Of a stretch of 64,000 bases of DNA, positions 40,963 through 54,023 are shown one piece after another. The DNA is from Peribolospora baueri. Taxonomy: Eukaryota. The notes beneath the pieces are model-generated. The model did no database searches. It worked only from the letters and a program-made list of their open reading frames with translations, and was not told the DNA's origin. The translations under genes were made by a program, and so were the position numbers. The number at the start of each line of letters is the position of its first letter. Positions within the stretch are counted from its first letter, which is position 1. The stretch is taken from the NCBI GenBank assembly GCA_029717555.1, contig JAMDHS010000005.1, forward strand, positions 372,001 through 436,000. The letters run 5' to 3'.

Positions 40963-42787
40963 TCACGTCGGTAGGAGGTTGAACGCTTTCCCGGTGCGCC
41001 GCTGTATTCGCTCTGAGATGGTCTCGATCAACGTCCAGGTCAGGCCGTGGGAGATGAACGACCTCAGCGCACTGACGCCCAATCCTCGATAGAGGCGCAG
41101 GAAGCGGCGCAAGTAACCGGAGCCGTTTCCGTTCGCGGAAGCGTCTCCGGGTCGCTCTCGGATGACTGCGAGTGAAGTGCGTCGGAGATGTCAGCGTCGC
41201 GATCACGACAGCGGCCGTATTGGCGTCGATGTGAAATAGGAAACGCTCACGATGAGTGAAGATCTGCCATGCTGACGACGTTCGACGCTGGCCGCTCAGC
41301 CCGTCCCGCTGCACTCGCGTCTTCAGGGAACGAAAAAGGAAATACGGCAAGTTAGACGGGAGGTGGACGACAATGAGATTTTCAAAGCTGCCAGGCGCGT
41401 TTGATCACCAACCTTGATGAGGTCGACAGGATACACGACCAGCCAGGACGCGATGCCCGCCGAGCTGCCATTGAGGAAGGAAACGATCGGTTTCGGTACG
41501 CCGAAAAAGCGGCCCTCCTCGTCCGACGCTCGACTGATTATCCGTTTCATAGTGTCATAAAAGCAGAAATAGAAGCCTGTGGAAGGAGCGGCGTGTAGGA
41601 TGGAATTCAAAGGACCAGGGCCAGACGGGGTGAGGTCAGGACGTGAGACGTCCCTGCGGACCGAATTCGACGGACAGGACAGGACAGACGGACGCACCAG
41701 TTCCGAAGGTATCCCGGGTAAGATGCAAAGGAAAACCGAGATAGAAACCCCTTGGTCCTCCATTGTTCCGGAAGATGTTCCTCGCGGCGGCGAAGCCGCT
41801 CTGAGGGACATATTTGCTCATAGGGGCGCCCTTCTGAGCTGCAATGAGAAAGTCCAACTGTCGTTGCACTTTTACTAGCTCGAAAGCTAACGAGCGGAGG
41901 GACGAAGCGGGTGAGAGAAGGGCGTACATTGGTGGTAAGGCCGTGTCCGCTACGAGGACGAACGTGGAAACGAGGCGACTCACGAGCGCTGCCACAACTG
42001 ATGATGATCCCGCTCGTCGCGCCGCCACACATGCCGGCGAGCGCCGTCGAGGCGAGGCCGGTGCCGCGGAGAATGTCGTGGCTGTAAAGAAAGGACTTTG
42101 TCTTGTAGTAGATCTCGAAGGAGATGGTGCGGACGAAGGAGATGGTGAACAGGGGGATCCACACGCCTGCGTCATGCGCGAGAGCCAGGAGGGATGCGGG
42201 GAGGGTGAGTGAGGAATGGATGACGTAGGAATAACGAAGAGGGAAGAGAAGGACAGCGAACTGACCTCGAAAGAAACCACCGAGGCCTTCCTCCCGGAGC
42301 ACAGCTCTAGCACAGGTGAAGATCGACGGTGGCGGATAGTACTTGACCTGTGGGGTGGGATGAAATGATGGATGGGTCACGTCCGTCTGCTCGATTGTCC
42401 TAGCCGGACTGACGCACGGGTGGGGAGCGACCGCCGTGTGACCGGCCCCGACGCTCACCTGTAAACGACTCTTCAACGAGTCGAGCGGAAAGCAAGAGGC
42501 GGTCGATACAAAGGCGGCCGTGCCAGCGACCACGAAGGTGCGGTTCTCTGGAAGAGGGAGAAAAGCATTGCGCGGACGGCGTTGGAAAGATGGTGAGCAT
42601 CGGCCCGGAGAATGCTGGCCAACGCGGGGCCATGCCGGGCGGGGGCGGTGCGCTCCGCTACCGTCCCTTCTCGCGCAGCGCTTGCCATCGAAGCGCTGCG
42701 TCACCCACCCCAGAGCCAGTCATCCGTCTCCGTCTTGGTAGGTAATCGCCTCTGCTGCCAGATGATTTTAGGATAATCTATCAGCAT
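40963..42787 (-). CDS. Mitochondrial carrier family protein (substrate unknown)
   Basis: Three carrier signature repeats: FPLDSLKSRLQ, (A)AFELVKVQRQL and YPVDLIK|TRVQ. GFFRG / GFYLG / LYRGL motifs. In-frame ATG at 42787 (MLIDYPK...DWLW|ENRTFVV). Confidence 0.88.
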
Positions 42788-43072
42788 GAGGGGCGGGCCG
42801 CGGGCCGCGGGAAAGGTGGGAGGTCAAGATCGGTCGGCGTCTGTCGGTCGGTGGGTTGGGTGGGCGGGAGTGATAAATGCGCCCGCCTCGAGTCGAGACC
42901 AGACCGGGGCGATGTGCTTTCTGTCGTCTTCGACGAGCGGGCCGAAGGAGTAGGACGGCGGGCGCCAAGGTATGCGACGAGGGAGGCTTTCGGAGCTGGG
43001 AGGGTGCGGGTGATGGGCGTTGAGCGCTAGCGATGGGGATGGCGGGGGAGAAGGAAGGAGAAGGGCTGAAGA

Positions 43073-43100
43073 AAGGAAGGAAGGAAGGAAGGAAGGAAGG
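43073..43100. repeat. (GAAG)n tetranucleotide microsatellite
   Basis: aaggaaggaaggaagg... run visible directly. Confidence 0.85.
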
Positions 43101-44346
43101 TGGTCAGGTCGGCGGTCCGGTTGGACGAGCGCTGGACTGGAAGAGGTGAGGTGCGGATGAAGGTGTGTCCGGGTCCGAGGCGGTCGGACAACGCCGGGTG
43201 TTCGATGATCGATGACCAGGCCGACGGCCGTCGAGGGGCGAAGGAGTGAGTGTCACGAGCCAGATCAGATCAGATCGTGCACGTACCAAGTGGGTTGTAG
43301 GAGATGGTACTGTAAAGGCGAGTGACGGTCAACGGTCGACGATCAGATAAGCAAGCAGGTCCAAGGTCGAAGAGGACGAAGCGAGGCCGGACCGGAGGTT
43401 GTCCGTTTCTCGTCCTCGGCGCGCCGACGAAGCGGGTCATTCTTTTTTTCTTTCGTTCACCTGATCGGATCGATCGACAGACGATGAGGGACGGATGGAC
43501 GGAGGGATGGATGGTTCGGCCGGCCGGCGAACGACGGCGACCGTCACGACGACTACAACCACAACCACAACCACAATACGAGACTCCGCTCGCGACCGTC
43601 CAGGACATCCTGCCATTGCCATACATAGATAGCATGCCGTCCCTCCCTCCATTCGTCTGTTTCACTCCCCTCGATCCAGATCCAGGCCGAGACACGAAGG
43701 ACGTCGTACCACGCTCGACTGACTAAGCTGTCCGTTATTGACGCTCGACCGAACATGCCCCGCCAGGTCGGTCACCTAGCTGCACTCTCATCACCTCGCC
43801 AGTCCACACACTCTTTCACTCGCTCACACACACGCACGCTCTCTCTCGCTTACCGCCCGCGCAGGTGGTTCAGCGACTCCGCTTCCTGTCGCCGTCTGGC
43901 GTGGCTGATCGTTCCTGCTCGGGCCTTCGCTCCCTTCAGACCAAGCCAGTTGACCAGCCACCCAGTGGCGCCATCTGCCGTCCCCCAACCCGCTTTCCTT
44001 AAAACACTCTTTTTCGCCAGCTCGAGATACGCACGCTGACCAAAGAGAGTGCCTCACCACTGTTTACGGCTGGCTGGCGCCCGGGTCGACGACCAGCGAC
44101 GCGTTTGCTCGGCACGAATGAATGTACGTCCTCCCACTTTCCTCTCCTTTTCTCTCTTTTCTTCTCTCACCATTGCGACCGCACGTTTGATCGCCGGGTA
44201 GCAGGTGGCGATTGCCTGCTCGCTCATCAGCATCGTAGAAATCATGAGGAACGTGAAGCCGAGATACGCAAGAACCTCGAGTAGGTCATCCGTCGCTACC
44301 GAGCGGCCCTTCTTCCAGGCCCTCCGTCGCCCTCCCTCCCCCCAAC

Positions 44347-46501
44347 TCACGGTTCTTCAATGTTCATCATCACGGGAACGTGGTCCGACGGGCCATAGCA
44401 CTCGTATCTACCCGAGACGAGTGGCGTGCGCGTCAGAGTCCTGTTCACTGCGCCACTCTTGCTAATGTGAACCACCGTTCTGGCTCTCCATCGGGGTACG
44501 GGCACGTACGGTCGAATGGGACGCTTACCTGATCTCGCACCGACGAACGCGAGGCAAGAGGCTGTGGGACACCTGCGCGCGAGATGGGACGGAATGGACA
44601 TCGTCGGGGACGGCGTCTGGAATGGAAGAAAAGGAGGCGCGAGCGAAATGCGCAGTGGGAGGCGAGCGCCGCGCTTGGGGCTCACCATGAACGAGTCCAA
44701 CCTCCATCCTGTGCCTGTCCGTCCCATCCCGCCCATACCCATATTCCACCGAGCCCATCCTCATGCAACTCAGCTCACATGCGTCCAAGAGAGGGTAGGA
44801 GCGCGCTACTAGGGCAAGACACAGAACGAAGGAAGAGCAAAACTCAGACTCACCCTTCCTCTTCCGTTGCTCCTCCTTGAAGCCGAAATACGTATAGTGG
44901 CCCACGGCGTCGGGATGCATGTACCTCCAGCCATCGACGAAATGCTTGTCGCTCGACCTCGGGTGCCGAGCCATCGTTTGCACGAGCGCCGACGACTCCA
45001 AGAGCGTGTAGCCCGGCTTTCTCTCCCACCGCGTGTCCGCACTCGCTATGTCTGTTCCCCCGGGGCGCCAACGCATGGGATGGACGAGCTCGGATGAGGA
45101 GTTGGAAAGGTCGACTCGGACCGACTTTCTTCGGACGACGCGCACCTCTGGGATCCGCGATGGCGTTCAAGTCCCCGCACCATATGATGTGTTTGTCCGT
45201 CGCGACCAGCTCGCGGAGGTAGCATTCAAACAGGCGGTTCCATTCCAGCTTGGCGGACATGTTCTGCGCCAGCCCGGCACGGCGCGGCGCGGCGAGCGTG
45301 GCCGAGGATGTCGAACGATGCGAGTAGGGGACAAGACAACCGAGGCCGCTTCATGTCTGGCTGTGGTGCTGTGAGGATGACGACACGCCCGATGACTCAG
45401 GAGCTCACCTTGAGCTTGTCGCCCGCGTTCTGCGCGTACACGCCGACGACGATCATGTTCGAAAAGTGCAAAGTGACCTGTCGCCAAAGAAGGCGGAGGG
45501 GAGCAGGCGCTCAGCTTTTGATATTCGCTTGCCAGGAAAACCGACCGAACCCCTTCTCTTCCTGACTCCTCTACTCACCGCTCGCGCCCTCGATCCGGCG
45601 ATGCCCGGGACGCCGCACGTCGCATTGACGGGCTTGAGCTTGGAAAGAAATGCAACGCCACCGCCTCTCCCTTCAGAGAAGCCCCAGTATTGGTAATGGA
45701 AGCGCGAATCTAGCGCCTCGTACCTCGGTCGGCCGTCCCTTTCCGATACCTGCGTGTCAAAAAGAAGCAAGGGGAAGGAAAGGGGGACAAACGGAGGGAA
45801 TACGTTAAGGACGCGGTGGCGGAGAAGCGTCGGATGGAAAAAACAACGCTCCTTGTGCTCGGCCAAAAAGAGGATATCAGGCTCTTCCGCCTCGAGATAG
45901 GTTCGGAGGGCCCACACATCCTGTGCTCGGAGGGCGGAAAAGGAAGAAGAAGAAGGAGGAGGAGGCGGTCAGTCAGCACATACATATCATCTCACCGTCC
46001 AACATACACGCGGGCATTCGATTTCCAGGCTCGCCCTTACGGACCCACCAGCGCCCCTTCCGAACTCACGCTCTTCTCCATGACGGACCATAACGAGTTC
46101 ACGTTCCAACACGCCAGTCTGATTATCCTCCCCCTCTGCCCCCCGCCGTCGCCGTCGCCGTCGCCCTTCCTCTCCCAAGGCCCGATCTTGGCCGGCCACT
46201 TCTCGTTGCAGGGCAATGACGGGTCGGCATAGTCGTGTCGTCCGCCGTGGTATGCCGGGCAGTCGCTCCCGTTCGTCAAGACCCTGTCCTTCCTCCGCCC
46301 CGTTCTCCCCAAACTAGGGCCCGCCCTCGTCGGAGCGGAAGCTGGTCGACGTCCACCGCGCCGGTTATCGTCATCGTCACCGTCACCGTCACTGTCGTCG
46401 TCGTCGGAAGAGGACGTCGACTCGCCAGCAGAGTCGTATAGGTCCGATTCGCCCGCGTCCAGGACGTATCCTTGCTTTCGCCTCTTCGCCGGGCGGAACA
46501 T
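44347..46501 (-). CDS. Exonuclease III/APE1-family AP endonuclease
   Basis: ACWNVNSL, PDILFLAEHK, GVAFLSK, GVYAQNAG, IWCGDLN, FVDGWRYMHP..YTYF, GWRLDSF and GPSDHVP: full EEP catalytic set. No C-terminal Zf-GRF. Confidence 0.9.
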
Positions 46502-46921
46502 GGCGGTGCAGGGAGTGGCCTTGCGCGGTGAGGGGGACCGGCCCGTGAGATCTTGTGAATGGGATGGTCGACGAGATCACGGCCAAACAAGATTTTCTTC
46601 CAGCCTGCGCGGAGCGTGATCGACGTGCCCCGGTTTCTAAGGAGGGACGAACGTCAGTAAGACGAACCAATGCTATGAGCCCTCTCCGGACAGCCATCTA
46701 CGTCTCAACGGCGAAAGTCTCTCGCGGGGCGGCCGCGGACTAGATCATCGTCTCCTGTGGATCTAGAAGATCTACTCTTTCTCTCTGGGCAGTTCGACTC
46801 GCAACGCCTCCGGCCAGATCTACGTCGGAAACGCGCAGAGGGCTAGACGCTTTGAGAAACGGTCATTTTAAGCAGCGTCGCGGTAGAGTAGGTATGTACA
46901 CTACGAAATTAGAGGCTGCGT

Positions 46922-49376
46922 CTACCTGGTCATGTGGTAATCTGAAGGAGGACGGCGCGGGGCAAATTCGAACAGGAACGACTTAGCATCGGCCCTGGGT
47001 GCCTCCAAAGAAGCCAAAGGAGATGTAGAATGAACGCACCATCGATCCTCAAAAGGAGGGAAACGGTCTCCGTGGAGAGCTCTACTGCGCTGGTGCTGAC
47101 GAGCAAAGGCTGCAGAACGTTCTCCTCGAGGATGTTGGTAATTTGACCCTGCCGGAGACGACACACCAAGAAGTCTGAGTTAGTCTTATCTGGCCCACCC
47201 AATGTGGTGGGCGCAAAGTGGAGAGCCCCTGCCAACCCACCTTGCGAACGTTAATTCCCGCCGTCCGTTCTCCCATCGCGTGCCTGTTCCTCAACTCAGT
47301 GACGATGGCGATGGGGTTGAGACCGGCGTTCTCGGCGAGCGTGGTGGGTATCACCTCGAGAGCCTCGGCGTAGGCGCTGAAGCAGTACGCCTCCATGCCC
47401 TTGAGCGTCTGTGCATGCTGCGACAGCAGGCGCGAGACGTGGATTTCCGGAGCGCCACCACCAGCGATTAGAGCCCTACATTGGCGGTGATAAACGAGAA
47501 AGAGAAGTGAGCGGTAAGCAGGACCGGACTTGCCCGCTTTCCATAAAACCTGTCGAGATTTTGATGGCTCACTTCTTCTTGATGAGACACCTAACCACAC
47601 AGAGCGCGTCGTGGAGCGAGCGTTCGCTTTCCTCAAGAACGAGCTGGTTCGCACCCGTGCAGAGAATGCTAACCGTCCTGCCAGGGCTCTTGATGCCGCT
47701 GATCTTGACGTACTTAGCTCCGCTCTTCTGCACCTCGTCCACGAGATCGGCGTAAGCGAGTTTGTCCTCGGTGAATTGTTCGATGTCGGCGATGGGTTTG
47801 CAGCCGAGAGAGCGGCTGATAAACTCGACCTCGTCGCGCTCCACATCCTTGATCACCATGATCTTGAGCTTGGCGAGGAAGTGCAGCGCCAGGTCGTTCA
47901 CAGCGTCGCGCAGGATGGACTTTTGAATCAGGAGTACGTTACAGCCCGTCTTCTTGATCTTCTTGCACATGTTCAGCAGGTACTGGCGCTCTTCTTTCAA
48001 GATCTTGTCCATCTGCCGATAATCGTTCACCACGATCTGGTTGTCCATCTGCGGTCATCGTAGACGAAAAAGGGAGGATCAGTCGTTGTAAAGCCAGAAT
48101 ACGACTTCCCTGCAATTTCTATTCTCGAGGACGATACCCACATCCGGCTTGGGGCTGCTGAGCTGGAACTGGCAAAGCGCAATCTTGGCCTTCTCCACCC
48201 TGGTAGGACCGCCACCGGAGCTGACGACGTTCTGCTCGAGGACGAGGCCGTCAATGAGCTCGGTATCTTCAATAGTGCCCCCGACCTTCTTGACGATGCG
48301 GATGTCACGCAGATCGACGTTCGACTCCGTAGTGTTTGGCGTGGTCGAGCCGGGCGGAGTGATGAGACGGAGAACGGCATCGACGGCAATGGGAGCGAGG
48401 ATATTAGAGTATTGAGAGACGATCTGAAGCACAAAGGGATCCTAAGCTGAGCAACAACCCAAAACGCCTCATCTTAGAAAAAAAAAGAACGTCCCCGATT
48501 ATCTGCCCACCTTGGAGCTGAGAGACGTGCTTGCGGCCCGGAGGAGGGATTCCCTGTCGTTTAGGTCGACAGGGGTGGAGAGTTCCGTAAGGTACTCAAC
48601 CGCCTTCGCAGAGGCACGCGAGAACGACTCGGCGATTACAGTGGGGTGAATGCCTTCAAACAGAGAGGACACGCCGGATATAGGGGTCAGAAAGGAGGTG
48701 TCGCCATGACACCTAAAGACGTCTCCGACTCACCTTTGGCCAACATCTTTTCCGCCGCACCAAGCAAACTTCCTGCAATAACGACTACCGAAGTGGTACC
48801 GTCGCCCGCCTCCACGTCTTGAGCTTGAGAAAGCTCGACCAGCTGTTAGAAGCAGGGACAGTCGTTGAAGATCAGCACGGCGACCGTCAAGGACGACGTA
48901 CAAACGAAGATTTACCATTCGAGCGGCAGGGTGGAGTACGGCCATATGTTTCAGGATGGTAGCACCGTCGTTCGTAATGACAACTTCGCCGCTGGGAGTT
49001 TGGATCTATTCCATGCGAAGGGTGTGAAGCGATCACGCAAAAGGGAAGGTCAATAAATTAGCCAAAGCAGGAGGTAAGCACACAAACTTTGTTGGAGTGT
49101 GTTCGAAGCTCACCATCTTGTCCATGCCCTTAGGCCCAAGCGACGTCCTGATGGCGTCGCTGACAGCCTTTGCGGCCGTCATGTTGCTCTTTCGCACCTC
49201 TACAGGGAGTGCATGAAACAAGTAGAGTGCCATCGCCGTCGGCATGAGACTTGATCAACCACAAGTGATCCTGGTTGCTAGCTCTGCCGTTCCTCTCGCT
49301 CACCATCGGGCTTCTCCTGGTTCTTGAATGCCTTGATGTGCTTGGTGGGGGCAGGCGCAGAGGCGGTAGAAGCCAT
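46922..49376 (-). CDS. CCT4: Chaperonin CCT/TRiC delta subunit
   Basis: [94 protein letters not shown]. Confidence 0.96.
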
Positions 49377-49744
49377 GGTGAGAAAAGGGATGAGATGGAA
49401 GAGGAAGGTAGTCTTCTTCTCGTCTCGTCTTGTCTCGTCTCGTCCGTCACCTCTAATTTCATCTACAACTCAGCTGGCAGTCGAAACCTGCGTCGGTCAG
49501 GCTCGGCGATGAGCGGCGATAAGTACTTCTCACGCGCCGCGTAGCCATGTTACGCGGCCTGGCGCTGCCGCAGCACAAGTGATCGGGCCCATGGATGTCG
49601 AGCCCGACGTCGTTCGTTCATCAGAATCGCACGACCAAGAAGTCGCCCGTCAGGAGAGTGGTGCCAACTTTTCCCCGTCGTCTCGCTTCTACTCTCTTCT
49701 AGTTGCACAGCCAGGTCTCGCATAGATTTACCTTATCAGCATCC

Positions 49745-51716
49745 ATGTTTGGCGGCGATGACGGCCATTTCCCACCTCTCGGCGGGGCTTTCGGAGGATC
49801 AAGTTTCGACCCCTTCTCTCGATGGGGTGGAGGTCGTCGCTTCGGGCCACCAGCCAGAGCATACGATGAGTATCTCAAAGCATACAGCATGGCCATGCTT
49901 CCGGGGAGGGAGCGACTCAACGTTAGCTATGGCGGAAAGAGTGAGTTGATGCTGATTAATATTTCGTGTCGTTCCATCGCCTCTTGTGTGAGCGAAGTGG
50001 TGAGCTTCAGCTGACGCCTCGACTCTGTTGTGTCTCTCCCTGTTGTTTCCTTAGTCATCATGCCCGCATCGTCGCTTTCGCGCTTGAGTGAGTATATGCG
50101 GATGAGAGAGTTGGTTGACTCGGGTCTGGTCGATGCTGACACCTGTCCACACCCGTAGGCGACCTGGAAATCGAGTCTCCGTGGCTTTTCAAACTGCGCA
50201 ATACTGCCGGGGATGAGACGCGGGAAACGCACGCTGGTGTGCTCGAGTTCATCGCCGATGAGGGCAATGTTCACCTTCCAGCATGGGTGAGCGTGATCGT
50301 GATCGTGCTGCATTCCGCAGACAGATCCTCGGTGGAGGCTTATGCCCCGCATTCCTGTTACGTTGAAATGTTTTTCAGATGATGAAGCAGCTTCACTTGA
50401 ACGAAGGCGATCCGATACGCTTGACAGGCGCCACTCTTCCGCAGGGCAAATTTGTTAAGCTGCAAGCACAGACAGTTGATTTCCTCGAAGTATCAGATCC
50501 AAAAGCTGTGTGAGTAGCGTGTTCGCGGTTGGCATTTTCTATGGCTCTACACGCAAGCTGATCGGGCGGAATCTGCACATGCAGGCTCGAGCAGGCACTC
50601 AGGAACTTTTCCACACTCACTCAAGGCGACGTCATCGAGATCATTTACAATTGCATCACGTTCGAGTTCCTTGTCATGGAGACGCAACCTGAGGGTCCGG
50701 GCATCAACATTACGAACACTGATCTGGAGGCGAGTCGATCCGTTCCAGGCCCTCGATGTCTCAGTACATGCCGCTAACGATGCTTTTCATTGACGGCACG
50801 TTTCAGGTCGACTTCGCTGCTCCGAAAGGCTACGTTGAGCCCAAACGAGAACCGGCACCTCCGCCGCCGACGATGGCGTCCAAGCTGAACATCGACACTG
50901 GCTCACGCGAGTCCATCCCGCCTTCTCGAACGTCTACGCCGGCTGGTTCTGTAGGCAGCTCCGCGCCAGGAGCCAAGGTTTCCACAGGGAGAGAGCTGTT
51001 CGCGGGAGGAGGACAGACTTTGAGCGGGAAGAAGATGAAGGGTAGTAGAGTAGGGAAGCCGATCGAGGAGCTGGACAAGCATAGTCTGGTATATCGAACG
51101 GAGTGAGTGGGCGGGTCTTCGAGCGCTCATGCGGCGGCGGCAGCGGAGGGGAAGCATAGGGAGCTGATGCGTTCCGATTCAACTGCTACCCATTCAACTT
51201 TAGTCAACCCCGTGTCGTGACGGCTGACACGCAAACGGGCGAGCGCAAAATGCCCGCGGCGTTGAATCTGCCCTTCGGAAAGCTATTTTTCGGCTACAAC
51301 GTCGTCCGGCCCGGGGAAAGTGCTAATGAAAAGGGAAAAGGGAAGGAGGGGGGGGAAGATCAACAGGCAAGTCTCGCCCTGGACGAGGATGGTTGCAACC
51401 TTGAACTGTGAGTGGACGCTGATGCCTGTCTTTCCCTCTTGCTACCTCCATTTTATTGCAGATCTCCTTCTCAGCCGGTGGCCAGACGTTATCAGGCCGG
51501 ATGGCTCCAGCCGTCGCGCAACAAAGCCCCCACGCCTCTGCGGCGGGCTCGCCCGCTCCTCACGCGACGAGGAACAACCTCAACAAACGAGATTCAAACT
51601 CCAGTAGCTTTTCTGGTCCTGGGCAAACATTAAGCAGCAGCAAGAGAGAGGTAGTGGAGATTGATAGCGATGATTACGAGGATTATGAGGACGTCATCGA
51701 GATTGACTCGGATTGA
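49745..51716 (+). CDS. UFD1: Ubiquitin fusion degradation protein 1 (Cdc48 cofactor)
   Basis: YDEYLKAYSMAMLPG..NVSYGGK|IIMPAS, THAGVLEFIADEG, GKFVKLQAQ..FLEVSDPKAV|LEQALRNFSTL, TDLE|VDFAAPKGYVEP, and C-terminal VIEID. Confidence 0.95.
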
Positions 51717-52102
51717 AGCGGGGTGGTCCAAGTCTAGTCGGGCATTTGAACTGGGCCGCGTCTGGCGGAGTCGAGGCGAGGCGACCGCAGGGGTCCCTGC
51801 GTTTACAGTTTGCGGCGTTCGACTCCGAATGTACAAATAGTTGTTGCAGATATGCCGGAGGTCGCCATCCGTCGCGTCGCGAGACTGAGAGTTATCAGGG
51901 TGGTACGGTTGGAAGTCGTTCAGGTTGACGTATCAGCAAGGAGACTTAGCGTGCCCTTTGGCTCTTACGGGGGACGAAAAGATCTGCTAGGTCAGGACAT
52001 AATCCGAGATTGTCAAACAATTCAAGAAGCGAACAGTCTGCATTCAGTCAAAACGACCCGGACCACATCGTCCATCTGCGGGTTCATCTGTCCCATCGAA
52101 GT

Positions 52103-54023
52103 CTATGTCCCGACCCTAGCTCTATGAACCTGCAAGGAACAATCCTCTCCGCCGGAAACGATGATCTCGCCATCCCAATCTATGCCCAAGATCTTCTTGC
52201 CCAAACCTTCCTTCCTCGGAGCTCTGGGGACGGAGAAGAGAGCCTGTTTGGGGCTTCGCGTGTCCCAGAGCTTGAGCGTGCCGTCATGGGAAGCGGAGCA
52301 GAGGTGGTAGGCTGAAGTGGGGTGTGCACGGACGGAGGTGACGGGGAGGGTGTGCAGGGAGGGGAAGAGAAGGGAGATGTTCGCAGTGTCTGTGCCGAGA
52401 GATGGAAGATGGAGATGTAATGAGTAACCCCGTCGTCGGCCTCTCTGAGTTTGAAGCCGTTTGTAGCGCTCACCACTTCGCATGTCCCAGACAGCGACGC
52501 TTCTGTCAGCATTGCCCGTGACAAGAGTGGTAGACGAATTTGCCATCTGGTCAAGGTCCCAGATGACCTTATCCGCGCTCTACAGATTATCATAAGCGAA
52601 AGGGATCAGAAGAGCGGTGAGAATATGCGCTTCAAGAGCGACATTACTTCCTCAATGTCAGCTCACCTTAGTCATCGTATTGACCGCATTCTCGACGTCC
52701 CACATGCGCACACTGTGATCCCAGCCGGCACTGTATACCGTACCCTCGATAGATCCCGCGCTCATGCTCGACCCCTGGTAGAAGATGGCCCTCGACAATC
52801 TAGCGGCGTGTCCGGTAGAATGCGCTGTAGTTAAGACCTGCACCGGCGCTTTCCGCTTCGGGCCTGCACCACCGGCTCCGTTGACGGCCTTTCTTCGCTT
52901 TTTCTTCCTCCTTCCTTCGTCCTCTTCGTCCACTCCGTCGTCGCCAGTACTGAGTGGGAGCCCAGGGGCAGCCTTCTCCTCTTCCACCTCGTCCTCTTCT
53001 GGCACGTCCGTGCTCCACACCCCGATCAAGCCGTCCCATCCCGCAGACAACAGATGAGACCCGCTGCGAGACGAGGTCACCGATTCAATAGGTTGCGTGT
53101 GAAGGTGACAGGAGAAGAGCTGCGTCGCCGATTTGAATGGCGAAGATGACGGGGAGGAGGACAAGGTCGGGAGTTGGAAGACTCGTACGACTCGATCGTG
53201 TCCTGACGAAGCCACCCAGCTTCCCTCTTCAGCCCCTGCTCCTAATGACGCCTTTCCAGGGATCCAGCACACGTCAGAGACAGGCCCCTCGTGCCCTTTT
53301 ATCGTATAGAGAACCTCGGAGGTGGGAGAGTATACCCGGACGGCGGCGTCATATGAGGCGGCGAGAAAGAACCTTGTAGGTGACGGACAAGCAGAGATGG
53401 ATGGAAACCCTTAATTAGACGAAGTCAAGGACCCTAGCAATTTAGCAAGAGTTCCGCTCCGATAAGAAACTTACCCCTTTCGCTGGCAGTCGACGGCAGA
53501 CACCCAGTCATCGTGCTCAAAGGCGGAGATGTATTCTGGAGGCAGGATAGATTCGATGTACTCGATGTGTAGAGTAGTTTCCTAGCCAGGGGCATAAGAC
53601 CAGATACTTTAGCCGCCATCAAACTCCAACAAGCGCATTACACTCAATCCTTCTGCCCCTAACCCCCTGATCAAGACTTCGCAGCCTCCTGGGGCGCGAA
53701 GACCATTGGATCGACACACCGATCACAACCCGGCCGAGCTAAGAAGGAAGAAGACTCACATCGCTCAACCCCCTCTCTCTCAGATAAGACCCAAGATCAG
53801 TCCTGAGCAGCTGTCCACCAACGACAAAGTCAAACGGAACAGCCTTGTCGAGCTTGAGAACCGTATTGACAAGCTGAGAGAGATGGAAGCGCTTCCAGTC
53901 TTGGGGGATGAGGTACTGGTCATCTGGGATGGCGTAGCGCGCGTTTCGGGTAGTGAGACGGACTGGGAGCGTACGTGGGGCGGTAGCTCCCTGGACAGCC
54001 GTGACTGTCGACGTCGACGCCAT
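52103..54023 (-). CDS. YTM1: Ribosome biogenesis WD40 protein Ytm1/WDR12
   Basis: NLE domain ([44 protein letters not shown]) followed by WD repeats ([40 protein letters not shown]). Confidence 0.92.
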
